NCBI GenBank assembly: GCA_030167865.1
Contig: JALAGF010000378.1
Span: 1-48,876 of the forward strand
Direction of reading: 5' to 3'
Length of the DNA stretch: 48,876 nt
From: Craspedostauros australis
Lineage: Eukaryota
A program made the position numbers and the translations under genes. Position 1 is the first letter of the stretch. Each line of letters opens with the position of its first letter. Shown here piece after piece: positions 23,024 through 33,576 of this stretch. The notes below the pieces were generated by a model. It saw only the letters and a program-made list of their open reading frames with translations. It was not told where the DNA came from and made no database searches.

Positions 23024-23408
23024 TGGGCTGATGCATGTCCGCGTCAATCCAACGAATGATGACACATGGAACAACATTACACAACGTTTTAAAGAAACAG
23101 AAGTAGAGTAGAAGATGCAACAAGAATGCACTTCCCCACAGCAGTTCTCCAACTTTCATATGTCACTGTCTTCTTTCGGATTGTCTTTGCGTACTCTGCG
23201 GTATTGTATTTTGTTCTATTAAACTGCTGTAGTAGCCTCTGGGAGAGAACGCGTACCATGTGTGGTCGGTATGATATACCCAAGGCTATTCTTCATACAG
23301 AGCAGGAGCGTGTGTACGTGTACTACTCTACTCGCACATTCATTACCGCTCATACCAATACTCGTGCGTGTGCCGCACTCCCCCACGCAAGACTCGCTTC
23401 CCCACGTC

Positions 23409-26400
23409 TCATGTCGCTTGCTGCTTCAGGATGTACTCGTTCTCGCAGACCTGGCCGATGTTCGGACGGAACGCTTGATCGTACGTCAAGCACTGGCGGA
23501 TGAAGGCCTTCGCGCCTTCCGAAATACCCGGCTTGTCCGGAAAGTCGACATTCTGGGCGTTGAGCATGGTGTGGTCCGTGAGGAGGGTGTCTTGTGTCTT
23601 GCCTTCGCCAAAGGGTCGTTTGCCAAACATCATTTGGAAGAAGATGACGCCAATCGACCAGACATCCACTTTGTTGCTGATGCGGACGTTGCCGGACGTG
23701 ACGAAGCATTCCGGAGGAAGGTACCAGTACGTCCCAGCACCTTGGCTGGTGAGCTCCATGCTCTCCGCTGGATCCGGCGTGTCAACGATCTTGCTGAGGC
23801 CGAAGTCCGTGATCTTGACGTACCCCGCTTCATCGAACAGGATGTTTCCTGGCTTGAGATCGTAGTGGATAATGCCCTGGCGGCTTCCGTCCGCAGAGCC
23901 TTGGCTGAGGTACTGCATGCCGGCCAGAATCTGCAGCAGGATGGCACGTGCTTCGCGTTCTGGGAGCCGGCGTCGTTCCTTCAGCACGGCGTCCAGGTCC
24001 GTCCCGTTGCAGCATTCCAACACGGTGGCGAATGAGTTGTTATCAATTTCAAACACGTCATACAACGAGACAATTCTGGAATGGCGCACGTTTCGATGGA
24101 TCTCGTACTCTCTCGAGACATGCTTCGTGTAGTTCTCCTTCTTGGAATCCGGCCATCGAGGATCGAGCTGATGGATCTTCACTGCGACTTCGCGCAGTTC
24201 CACAAGATCGTACGCTCTCCAAACCTCGGAGAATCCTCCTTTACCCAACAAGGAATGCAGGATGTAGCGCTCATTCAGCTGTTGATGGTTATCGATGGTT
24301 GTTGTTGGTGACCGTGGTGGTGGAGATGTGTGGATGTGCGAGTGCGTGATGAAAGAGGGGATTCGACGAGGTGAGACCAAGAGACGACAAGACGGAGAAA
24401 GGCAGAGGACACAAACGAGCAAAAACAACAAACACATATTCACGGAGAATTGAACTGACGTGCAAGACCCAATCACGGTAACTTCTTGAGTGGCTGCGTC
24501 ACCACTTACCTTCGGTCTGGAACAGAAACGCGATGAATCCTCGCTCGCGACACGCTTCAATGCACGGTAATGCGCTGCCCGTTCGGCATTCAGATTGTGC
24601 TCAACATCCAGCAGCTGACGCTCCTTGCGTCGCACTGTCTCCAGTTGCATGTGCAACGCCTCCTTGCGTTCCACATTGAGAAGCCGCGATAACGCCCCGT
24701 CTTCTGCGTCCCCTTTCGCAGGCGTCTCGGTGATCATGGTTTCGATGCGCTTGCGCTGCTTGCGCAATTCCTTCTTCTTGTGTTCCAAATCCTTCGTGGC
24801 CTGCCCCTCCTCCCAGCTCTCCACGGCACGCATTCCGGCGCGTGCATAGACGATACGTCCCAACCGCGCCCCATCCGCAGTCAGCTTTTCACGCAGATCC
24901 TTGGCCTGCTGTGCGCTCTTCCAGCGCAAGAGATCTTCAATGACATTGGACGTCTGACCTTCGCGCTGCTTGCTGTTGCGTTCCGTGTCGGCCAGATGCT
25001 GCTTGGCCTTGTTGAGTGCCGATTCGAGGGCGGTGTGCAGGATGGTGCGGTTGTTGGCCAAGGCCTTGAGCTGCTCGTCCTTTTCCTGGAGCTGGAGTTG
25101 CATCTTGTGCATGCGGTCCTTCAGTTCCCGGTTTTCGGCCGCTGCTTTGCTTCTGTCATCTCTGGACGATTGCAACGCCAATGCCGACGACGATGTTGTT
25201 GTTATTGCTGTGCTTGGCATTGATCCTTCCGATGTAGCAGCCAGTGTCGCCGTGGATGAGGATTGTGCGGAGAGGGGTCTGGGACTGATGGCGGCAGATG
25301 ATCTCTTTCTGCTGACACCGTTGCCAGTTGCGGTCGAGAAGAAGTCGGAAATGAACTTGTTGTTGGCTGGAGGCTTCGACTTGCGCGAGTGCGAATGGGA
25401 TCGATCGCGCGAAGTCTCTGAACCAACGGTCGCATTGTCCTGCTGTTGCTGCTGCTGTGGTGGTGGAGTGAATGAAAGCTGCTTGGTCTTGGAGGCGTCA
25501 TCGCTGAATAATCGCACGCGCTTGGCTCGGAAGGAGGTACCGGTGCTCCTTGCTGGGCTGTTCCCAGGGCCGCTGGTCTTATCCGTCAGCGACGTCTGCT
25601 TCTTCTTTGGCGTTGATTTACGTTTCTGCACAACGGGAGGTGCAAGTTGTATTGTTTCGGAGACCATCGTCCATTGTCCATCGTCCAATTCCCATTGTGA
25701 CATCAAGAAGATGGCAGACATTGGCGGTGTTGGCGACGATGACGGTGTTGACGTCGTTGTTGAGCGGGTTGGGGTAAGAGGAATGGAATGTCAGTTGAGT
25801 TGGATGCAAGTTTTGTCGTTGTTTGTGAGAACACGAAGTCGGATTCGCAGAAGCGGAAAAGTCATTTCATTCGTGTCCGACGGAAGCGCAACTTGAAACG
25901 TGCACCCAAATTGGACAAGAAGCGTGCCGTCACAAGCTCGCAGGAATGCTCTCTGCCACATTGAGACAAGGAAGTAGTGTGCACACGCGAGGCAACAAGA
26001 CAACAAGACAACACGAGCAACTCACCGCCGAAGAGGGCGTCGACGACGCGTGACCCAACATCAAGCTGCGGGCCGCTGATGGCTTGACCAGCATGCGTTG
26101 CGGATGGCCTGCCTTTGGATGGTGCGGAGAGACGGTGGCAGGTGGCGATTCTTGCACCGTGCCCAGCCCGCTGCTGCGATGCACATGCGAAGTGAGCAGC
26201 GTGTTATTGGACGCGGTCGATTTGGGTGAACCATCCGAAACGGGAGGCGTGGGCAGCGCGGACAGGCTCTTGTTGTGATCGTGATTGGTCTCGAAGAGCA
26301 CCGACATGGGGAGCTTGGACAGCTGGTCCTGCGGCTGTCCCTGGAAGCCGAACGGGGACGTCGCCGGTGTCGAGGCCATCTTGCGCATGTGCCGTTCGGT

Positions 26401-26898
26401 GGCCGCATTCAGCGCCTGCAGGGCTGGCGATTGGAAGGGCTTTCGCTTCGATCGAACGGACGTGGATGGCAGCAGCGATGGAGCCGAGAGGTTGGAAGAT
26501 GTCGCAGGTTTGGACATGGGCGTCGAGAAGGAGTAGGCGTGCTGCGAGGCGCTTTGGGAATGCGACAGTCTGGAATTGCCGAGGGAGCCCATGCTGCCAT
26601 TGCTTGCCGCGTGGTTGCGTGTGGCGCTGGGTCTGCCGAAGCTCGCGCTTGTGAACGAGGCACTGCCCGATGCGCTTCCAGTGGCAGGCATTGCAGGGTT
26701 GGCGGTCGCAGGCGTTGTGAAACGAGACTCCAGCAGCGCCAATCTTTGGTCCAGATTCAATGGGCCCCCTCGATCTGTCCGGATTGGGACTGCGGTCTGC
26801 GAGGCAGCGAGATTCTGAGTTGCTTTTGAAGAGGCAGTCGTCGAGGCAGCGGATGATGCCGCCCGTCGTTGTGGAGGCTGCATCGTGTCGGTGACCAT
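23409..26898 (-). CDS. TLK: Tousled-like Ser/Thr kinase; exons 26898-26026, 25625-24510, 24278-23409; ~952 aa
   Basis: LLGKGGFSEVW, VAVKIHQL, KENYTKHVSREY, IIHYDLKPGNIL, DFGLSK, ELTSQGAGTYWYLPPECF, ISNKVDVWS. Coiled coils include DGARLG...ESWEEG. Both introns are phase-0 GT-AG. Confidence 0.93.
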
Positions 26899-28211
26899 TG
26901 CGCTTGCTTCGATTTGTGTTCTTGTTCAAGTCGAGTGATTCAGCAGAGCATGAGTTGCTTTGGCACCGTGCCTCCACTTCAGCCAGGAATGGTTTCGTCT
27001 TGTGTCTTGCTCGCTGTGTGTATCTTGCTGATGCTTTCCTCAGGAGTCTGTCTTGTGGACACGAATGTTTGATGACGATGCAGTGTTGACGATGGTGGAG
27101 GATGGGTGCCTTGCCGTGGACTCCTCAATATGGTGGAGCAAAGGAATGTCGGAGATGGGTGACGACCTGTGCAAGTCGTTGCTTCGGTTGTCGATGGCTC
27201 GATCTGAAGAGAGGTGTGCGCAACGATGCAACAATTGCACGATGCGAAAGATGGTGATGAATGAAGTTCCACATGCACGAGTGGAGGAGACAAGCAAGAA
27301 ATCTGCCGCACGAATCCTATCTCGTGCACAAACACCTGTTGTCGCTGTTGTTGCCGTTGTTCTTGTCGCTTTCAACAGAGTAGAGAGTGATTGGATACTC
27401 GAAGAGTCCTGTCCTCTACTTTTCGCCGTATTCGTTCCGCGTCTTCTTATCTTGTTGTCTTGTTCGCCGTCGTCGTGCTCATCCGTGCTTGGGTTCTTGT
27501 CACTCTTCTTCCCCTGTTACGAAGAAAGGAGAGGACTTTGGACACTTCCCGTGCTCTGCTTGGTTCGTTCATTGCTTCGCTTCATCTTTCTCAAGTCAGA
27601 GATGCGCAAAAAGCAGCAACAAGAAAGAACGTGAGACAGATGTTCTTCGTTTGCGTGAGCGATGTGTTTGCACAAGAAGGACCCCAATTTTTGGCGCCTC
27701 TCCGCACACGTACAAATCCTACTGTGATGGTTAACGTCAATATTAACGGCAACATCTGGATGGTTTTTGGCGAGTCATGTCGCGGATCTCGGATGGTCCT
27801 TAAGTAAATGGCGCCAACGATCATTGATAGCATTAGTACATGGATGTTTATATATTCAGGGACATTCTGAGCGCCTGTGCCCGTGTCCAAAGTCAACGGA
27901 CACATGTGGCATCGTGATCGCTCGCGCTGGCAAAATCGTGTTTTGTGTATCTGCCCAAATTGCTTCAACAACCAATCACGAAATGGTCCGTGAGAGGAGC
28001 GCATGTTGGAAGAGGACGCAAAGCAAGCAAAGTGTTCTTCCCAACAAGAGAGATGGCGAACGAGTATTGCGAAACGAAGTCGTTGGCTGCTCCATTCTGC
28101 TCCACTCCACGATTCTCTCTCATCCAGCCCAGCCGACGATTGGTCCGCGTGCCACCACATTCAATCATCCTTCATCCAGACCGTCTCCCCAATGCTTCTC
28201 GCGCATGCCGT

Positions 28212-28982
28212 TCATTCCGACAATCTCCGCTGCAACTCCAAAAGTGCGTCAAATTCCTCCTTCGATAATGCATGAACGCTGAGCCTGGAGTTCCGCAGCA
28301 ACGTCATGTTGGCAAGGACTGGATTCGTCTTCGATTCTGCGCGGATCAGTTTCAACGGCACTACGCTCGGGAACACGTCCTCCAGTTCCACCTGCACGGA
28401 AACCCATCGGCATTCATCGCTTGTCGATTTGGGATCGTACTTGCAATGATCGGGATCCAACGCTGTCTCATCGGCGATGGCGCCGCGCGTGATCACAACC
28501 GTCCCGACGATGCCGGGGACCTTGCAGCTCGAATGATAGAAGAAGGCCCTGTCGCCGGCCCGCATGGATTTCAGAATGTTGCGGGCCTGGTAGTTGCGGA
28601 CGCCATCCCATTCCTCTCTCGGATTCTCTTGCGTTTGCAGATCGGCGATGGAGTAGTCATCCGGCTCGCTTTTGAGCAAGAAGAAGTTCGTGGTGGCATC
28701 TGGTTGGGATGTCATCTTGCGTCGTAGCATTCTCATCGTCCTTGTTGTCGACGATGTTGTTGAAGACGACTTCGAGAAGAACAGCGATCCTGTCCCGAGG
28801 CTCTTTGGTGACGGCGCCGTGAAGAAAGTTCTTGCGCAGGTGGCATGTGCGGTTCCAACACGAGAAGCCGATTTCCACATTAGCAGCGCTTCCATCCTGT
28901 GTGGTAGTAGCAGCATCATGAGGGATACCGCTGCTGTGGCTGTTGCTGTTCTTGTTCTTGTTGCTCTAACCTTTCGCATCAT
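28212..28982 (-). CDS. EVE-domain (THYN1-like) protein with N-terminal targeting-like extension, ~256 aa
   Basis: FFLLKSEPDDYSIADL, WDGVRNYQARN, GDRAFFYHSSCKVPGIVG, YDPKS...RWVSVQV, SRLSV. Probable ATG at 28982. Confidence 0.85.
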   Translation of the reverse strand: MMRKVRATRTRTATATAAVSLMMLLLPHRMEALLMWKSASRVGTAHATCARTFFTAPSPKSLGTGSLFFSKSSSTTSSTTRTMRMLRRKMTSQPDATTNFFLLKSEPDDYSIADLQTQENPREEWDGVRNYQARNILKSMRAGDRAFFYHSSCKVPGIVGTVVITRGAIADETALDPDHCKYDPKSTSDECRWVSVQVELEDVFPSVVPLKLIRAESKTNPVLANMTLLRNSRLSVHALSKEEFDALLELQRRLSE

Positions 28983-29728
28983 GGGCGCATCTTCATCAAT
29001 CGTGATGCATTGCCGTAACTGAGATGGCAGCACGAATGATGTCCAACAGATGATGTGTGGGTGGGTGCAGCTCTTGGCGAAGATACGCGTACGAGTACGA
29101 CCGATGATCTGTGTCGATCGTGCTCGTGCACACGTCAAGGATGACTGATTGCAACGAGAAGCCTCTCTGGAGTCAAGGGAGATCTTCGCCAGACGTCCCC
29201 ATGCTAGCACAATGAAGATAGAAGCAGAATAGTCAAGCCATAGCACTGCGATGCGTCTACTTGAAAAGCAATTCAGAAGCGCCATCCACACCATGAGCAA
29301 AGACTGAACAGAACAAGAGAATAAGAGCTTTATCGTAACCATCAATGAAGAGGACTGCAATGAAAGATCTACCGCGGTGACGTGTTCGAGTACTCTATTG
29401 ACATCTCTGTCCATGCGTCTATCAGCGCTCAATGAATAACTACGCTCCCGTATGCCTGCTCTAGAACGATCGCATCAGGAACACGCACATGTGCCACTTG
29501 ATCCGACGTTGGATTGGACAGGACGGTGTTGCTGTCGTCTGCCTTTCTTCATGATATGGAGAGGGATTCCATTGTTTGTCGTCAGATTGTTCGAGAAGCG
29601 CAGTGCGCTACGGCGACGTGGGGAGCGGCAATCAAGCTCCAACGCATCACCACATAGTATTTCACTCCACTCTGACCAATCGGCCGCCCTTTCCAGGTCT
29701 TCCCACATCGTCTCAAAACTCGCACACT

Positions 29729-30715
29729 TCAGAAGAAGTCGTCTTCGTACGCCTCTGCCGCTGTGTTGTCTGCTGTCCCATCCATATCTGCAGTACTCGT
29801 CATGTTGTCATCGGTATACAGTCGGTCATACGATCGCAGCTCCTTCTCTTTCTCGGCCGCCTTCCTCTGCTGTTCCTTCTCTTGGCGGGCCTTCTGATAC
29901 TCCTTCTTCTTCTGCCGTTGGATCTCACGCTGACGTTCCTCCTGTTGCGCCGAGAGATCCGGGAACGATTCCTCCTTCGTTTTGTTGATCTGCCGCACGA
30001 TTGGGTTGTTCTTCTCCACCATGCACCGTCTCACGTTGTCGGGTCGATGGAATCCCACCTGTCCGTCGACCATTTGATTGGTCTTCTTCAGATTCTTCCA
30101 CCGCGTGTACACAACATACACGTGATTCTTCTTGCATCCCTCGATGCTATTTGCCTTCACCAACGCCGAACAATCCAGCAGCAAGTCTTCCGTTATGTCA
30201 TCCATCGTCATGCCCGGCTTCATGCGCAAGTATACGTGCGCCGAACTCAGATCGTCCACATGGAACCACACATCTATCGAGATGTGTATGCGTATATATG
30301 CGTATTCGTATGTTTTCGCACATGCAGGTGAGCGTGTGCGTGATTTGAGTGAAAATAGTGGAGCACGTGGCGCAGTTTGTGATTGATTGCGTGAGCACGT
30401 TTGGAGCATGGGTGTGAGATGCATGTCCCCTTGTGCACATGCAGGATGCGCACAGCATTATTCAGTAGAGCAAAGTCTGCTTGACCTTGCTGATTGTGGT
30501 CACCAAAGCGACAACGCTTCACTCTGTCGCATCACTAACGACCATATCGCGAAGGGCGCACTGTGCCATAGTCGTACGTGTGGAGTCCTTCGCAGTGCTT
30601 CTTGTGTTCACGGACCTTCGGGAAGACCGTACTTGATGAGATCTTCATTCTCGTACTTGTCCCGTCCCATGTAGATGGTGAATTCGCCGCATCTCGACTT
30701 GAAGTAGAGCACCAT
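29729..30715 (-). CDS. CCDC25: CCDC25 / NFACT-R (DUF814) protein; exons 30715-30616, 30273-29729; 214 aa
   Basis: MVLYF...[37 protein letters not shown]...[11 protein letters not shown]...GQVGFH...YEDDFF. The intron GAAG|GTCCGT...GATAG| is in frame. Confidence 0.93.
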
Positions 30716-31383
30716 GCTGCTTTGTTTCCTGGTTGCTTGACGAGCCTGTGCTTTAGAGATATCTAATCTATGTGTGTGGAGGATGTAAAATAAAATGGAT
30801 TAGAGCAGAGTAGGATGGGGTGGGAAAGAGCACCGTGGAGCAGCTTGATTGAAGGGACAGACGCGTCGGAAAGTGTGGCTGTGGAAGATCAGACGAGTTG
30901 GTGCCTGTTCGTTTGTGTTGTGTTGTTGTGTTTCAATAGTGGGTGATTTTCCTGTTTGTGTGTTCGCGCAGCTTCGTCTCATTTTTTGCGTTGTGGTGGC
31001 TATAGCTCCTCATGTAAATTGAGGAAATGAATTTACGGTACTTTTTCACCATACCAGCAGCATAAAATTGACCAGTACCGTTTCCATCCAGTCAATTCCA
31101 TATTTTACCGAGATGTAGATTCCAAGAATGACTCAAACGACTGAATTACGACCAACCGAAAGAACCGCAACACGATGCTCACAACAACCACTCTTTCGAG
31201 TTGTCCCGCGTTGATTTCGTTACTCACCCGCTTCTTCTTGTCGCATCTCCACTTTCGGTACCCCAACACAACATCATCATCACAAGAGATCATCACATCA
31301 TCATCGTAACTCGTCCGATCCCATCACCCCATTCCGACCGAACATCCAGAGATCGATCAACGCCATCCGACTGAATCGCCAAC

Positions 31384-32733
31384 ATGCCGAAAGCCGAAAA
31401 GGGAACACCGAAGGACATTGCCAAGCGCATGAAGTCCAAGGGACTGCAGAAGCTGAAGTTCTACTGCCAGATGTGCGAAAAGCAATGCCGCGATGCCAAC
31501 GGTTTCAAATGTCATCTCACCTCGGAGGCCCATCTGCGACAAATGAAGATCTTCAGCGACAACGCGAGCGGCATCCTGGACAGCTTCTCCAAGGAATTCG
31601 AATCGGCGTACATGAGCACGCTGCGGATGCGCCATGGCACGAAACGCGTCAACGCCAACAACGTCTACCAGGAGATGATCGCTGACAAGGGGCACATTCA
31701 CATGAATGCCACGAAGTGGGTGACGCTGTCCGAGTTCGTGCAGTACCTGGGAAAGATGGGAAAATGCGTCGTGGAGGAGACGGAGCGCGGTTGGTACGTG
31801 TCGTACATCGAACGTGATGTGAACATCATCGCGCGTAAGGAAGCGTTGGAACGTCGGCAGCAGGCGGAAAAGGAGGCGGAGGCAGCCGAGGCACAGCGAA
31901 TGAAGATCCAGCGAGTCGAAGCGGCCAAGGCATTCGATAGAGCAGGTGGCAATGTGGATGCTGTCGTGACCAAAATGCAACGCAAGGACGGCGAGCAGGT
32001 GAAGTTAGCACTGGGGAAGCAGCCATCTGCGGTGTCGTCATCGTCGAAATCCAAGTCGAAGGGCAAGAACAAGAAGAAGGGATCCGTCTTTGGAGATGAT
32101 GACAGTGATGACAGTGATGGCGACGAAGTGGGAAACGGCAGCGGTGGCGATGAAAACATCAACAAGAGCATGGATCCGCCAACTTCTGCCTCCAACGAAA
32201 TGCCATCATTCAGAAATCCGAAGCGGGATGACGCAGCCGATGTGTCACGGCGCGAATCCAAAAAGAACAAACGAAAGAACAAGGACATATCCGAATCCAA
32301 AAGTGAAAAGGATAAGAGCAAGAAAAGCAGCGGCAAACGATCCAAGACGAGCAATTCCGATTGGAAGGACTACTGGTTGAAGCAAGGCATCCTCGTCCGC
32401 ATCGTGTCAAAGAAGCTGGCGGACGGACAGTACTTCAAACGCAAGGCCATCGTGGAAAAGGTGATCGACAAGTACATGGCGGAGGTGGAGGTTCTGGACT
32501 CTGGCCCACGCGCCGACGACGGCGGCGATGTGCTGAGGCTGGATCAGGCAGATTTGGAGACGGTGATCCCGAGCGTCGGCAAGCGCGTGCGCATTTTGAA
32601 TGGACCGCACCGTGGGGAGAAGGCAGTTGTGAAGGACCTCAACAAGGACAAAGCCGTGGCGTCGTTGGAATTGGAACGGGATGGGACGAGCGCCAAGAAG
32701 GTGGCGTACGAAGATTTCTCGAAGATGTCGTGA
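31384..32733 (+). CDS. KIN17: DNA/RNA-binding protein KIN17 (zinc finger, winged helix, C-terminal KOW/SH3-like domains); intronless
   Basis: MPKAEKGTPKDIAKRMKSKGLQKLKFYCQMCEKQCRDANGFKCHLTSEAHLRQM; HIHMNATKW; LDQADLETVIP; YEDFSK. Confidence 0.95.
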   Translation: MPKAEKGTPKDIAKRMKSKGLQKLKFYCQMCEKQCRDANGFKCHLTSEAHLRQMKIFSDNASGILDSFSKEFESAYMSTLRMRHGTKRVNANNVYQEMIADKGHIHMNATKWVTLSEFVQYLGKMGKCVVEETERGWYVSYIERDVNIIARKEALERRQQAEKEAEAAEAQRMKIQRVEAAKAFDRAGGNVDAVVTKMQRKDGEQVKLALGKQPSAVSSSSKSKSKGKNKKKGSVFGDDDSDDSDGDEVGNGSGGDENINKSMDPPTSASNEMPSFRNPKRDDAADVSRRESKKNKRKNKDISESKSEKDKSKKSSGKRSKTSNSDWKDYWLKQGILVRIVSKKLADGQYFKRKAIVEKVIDKYMAEVEVLDSGPRADDGGDVLRLDQADLETVIPSVGKRVRILNGPHRGEKAVVKDLNKDKAVASLELERDGTSAKKVAYEDFSKMS

Positions 32734-33492
32734 TGCTTGCACGTGACTGTTCTATAGAGCAGAACATTCTAGTACACCCTACTTACGAGTATGACTCACA
32801 AGGCAGTCTGACCATTTGGTTTCATCCGTCTCGGTCTGCACTTGATCAACCTCTTGGTGTCGCATTGCATTGCATCGCACGGGAGTGGAGTAATACACAC
32901 ATAGAGGAGTAGGCGAGGATCAGAGAAGTAGAGTCACCCAAGGGTATGTGTACTTGCACATGTGATGAGATAGCCAAAACCTCCTTCTCCACGTTCACAA
33001 GGACCACCATCGTTGGGCTTCTCATTGAAAGCCCTTGCTCTTGAGCAGTTCCAGAGTGCGGGTGTACGATTCTCTGCTCTGCACCTCTGCCTTGAGTTCC
33101 CACGAGTATCCTCCCTCTCTCTGTCTCTCTGTGTGTCTGCCTCTAGATTTATACCATAGCATGTTGGACGAATAGTCGAAGAAGCGGCGAACGGAATCAG
33201 GAATTCATCTGTCTCGCATCAAGAAAATGACCTTTGAGAAGCCGAAACGAGTGATTCTGCCCAAACCCAAGAATGTCCCAAACACCAACACCTCCAACAC
33301 CAACAACAAGGCCAACATGACATCTCTCCCTGCGTCCAAAGGCCGTCGTGAATCTGTTACTTGGTGCCGCCAAAGAGCCTTCAGCCTTGCCTGTTGCAGA
33401 CATCCACATCAGCCATCATCACGACAACAGCCTGCGCCAGAGCGATCACAAGATCGGATCCCTTCACAACCCCCACAGACTATACCATAGGA

Positions 33493-33549
33493 GACATCAC
33501 AAGACACCACAAGACATCACAAGACATCACATCACAAGAAAGGACATCA
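33493..33549 (+). repeat. Degenerate GACATCACAA tandem repeats in the ThrRS 5' leader
   Basis: gacatcacaa gacaccacaa gacatcacaa gacatcacat cacaa...gacatca. Confidence 0.6.
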
Positions 33550-33576
33550 TTTGACAGCACTCCAACAGACACCAAG

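Noticed and set aside
26900-28200. Several 100-190 aa ORFs between TLK and the EVE gene
   Set aside because: They have no domains and a composition typical of UTR or promoter sequence.
28983-29432. 150-aa upstream extension of the EVE ORF
   Set aside because: It begins at TTG and has non-coding composition. It is probably UTR or intergenic read-through.
33227-33576. Upstream ORFs or in-frame extension of ThrRS suggesting dual targeting
   Set aside because: The extension starts at TTG and is built from simple repeats, with no in-frame ATG or signal peptide.
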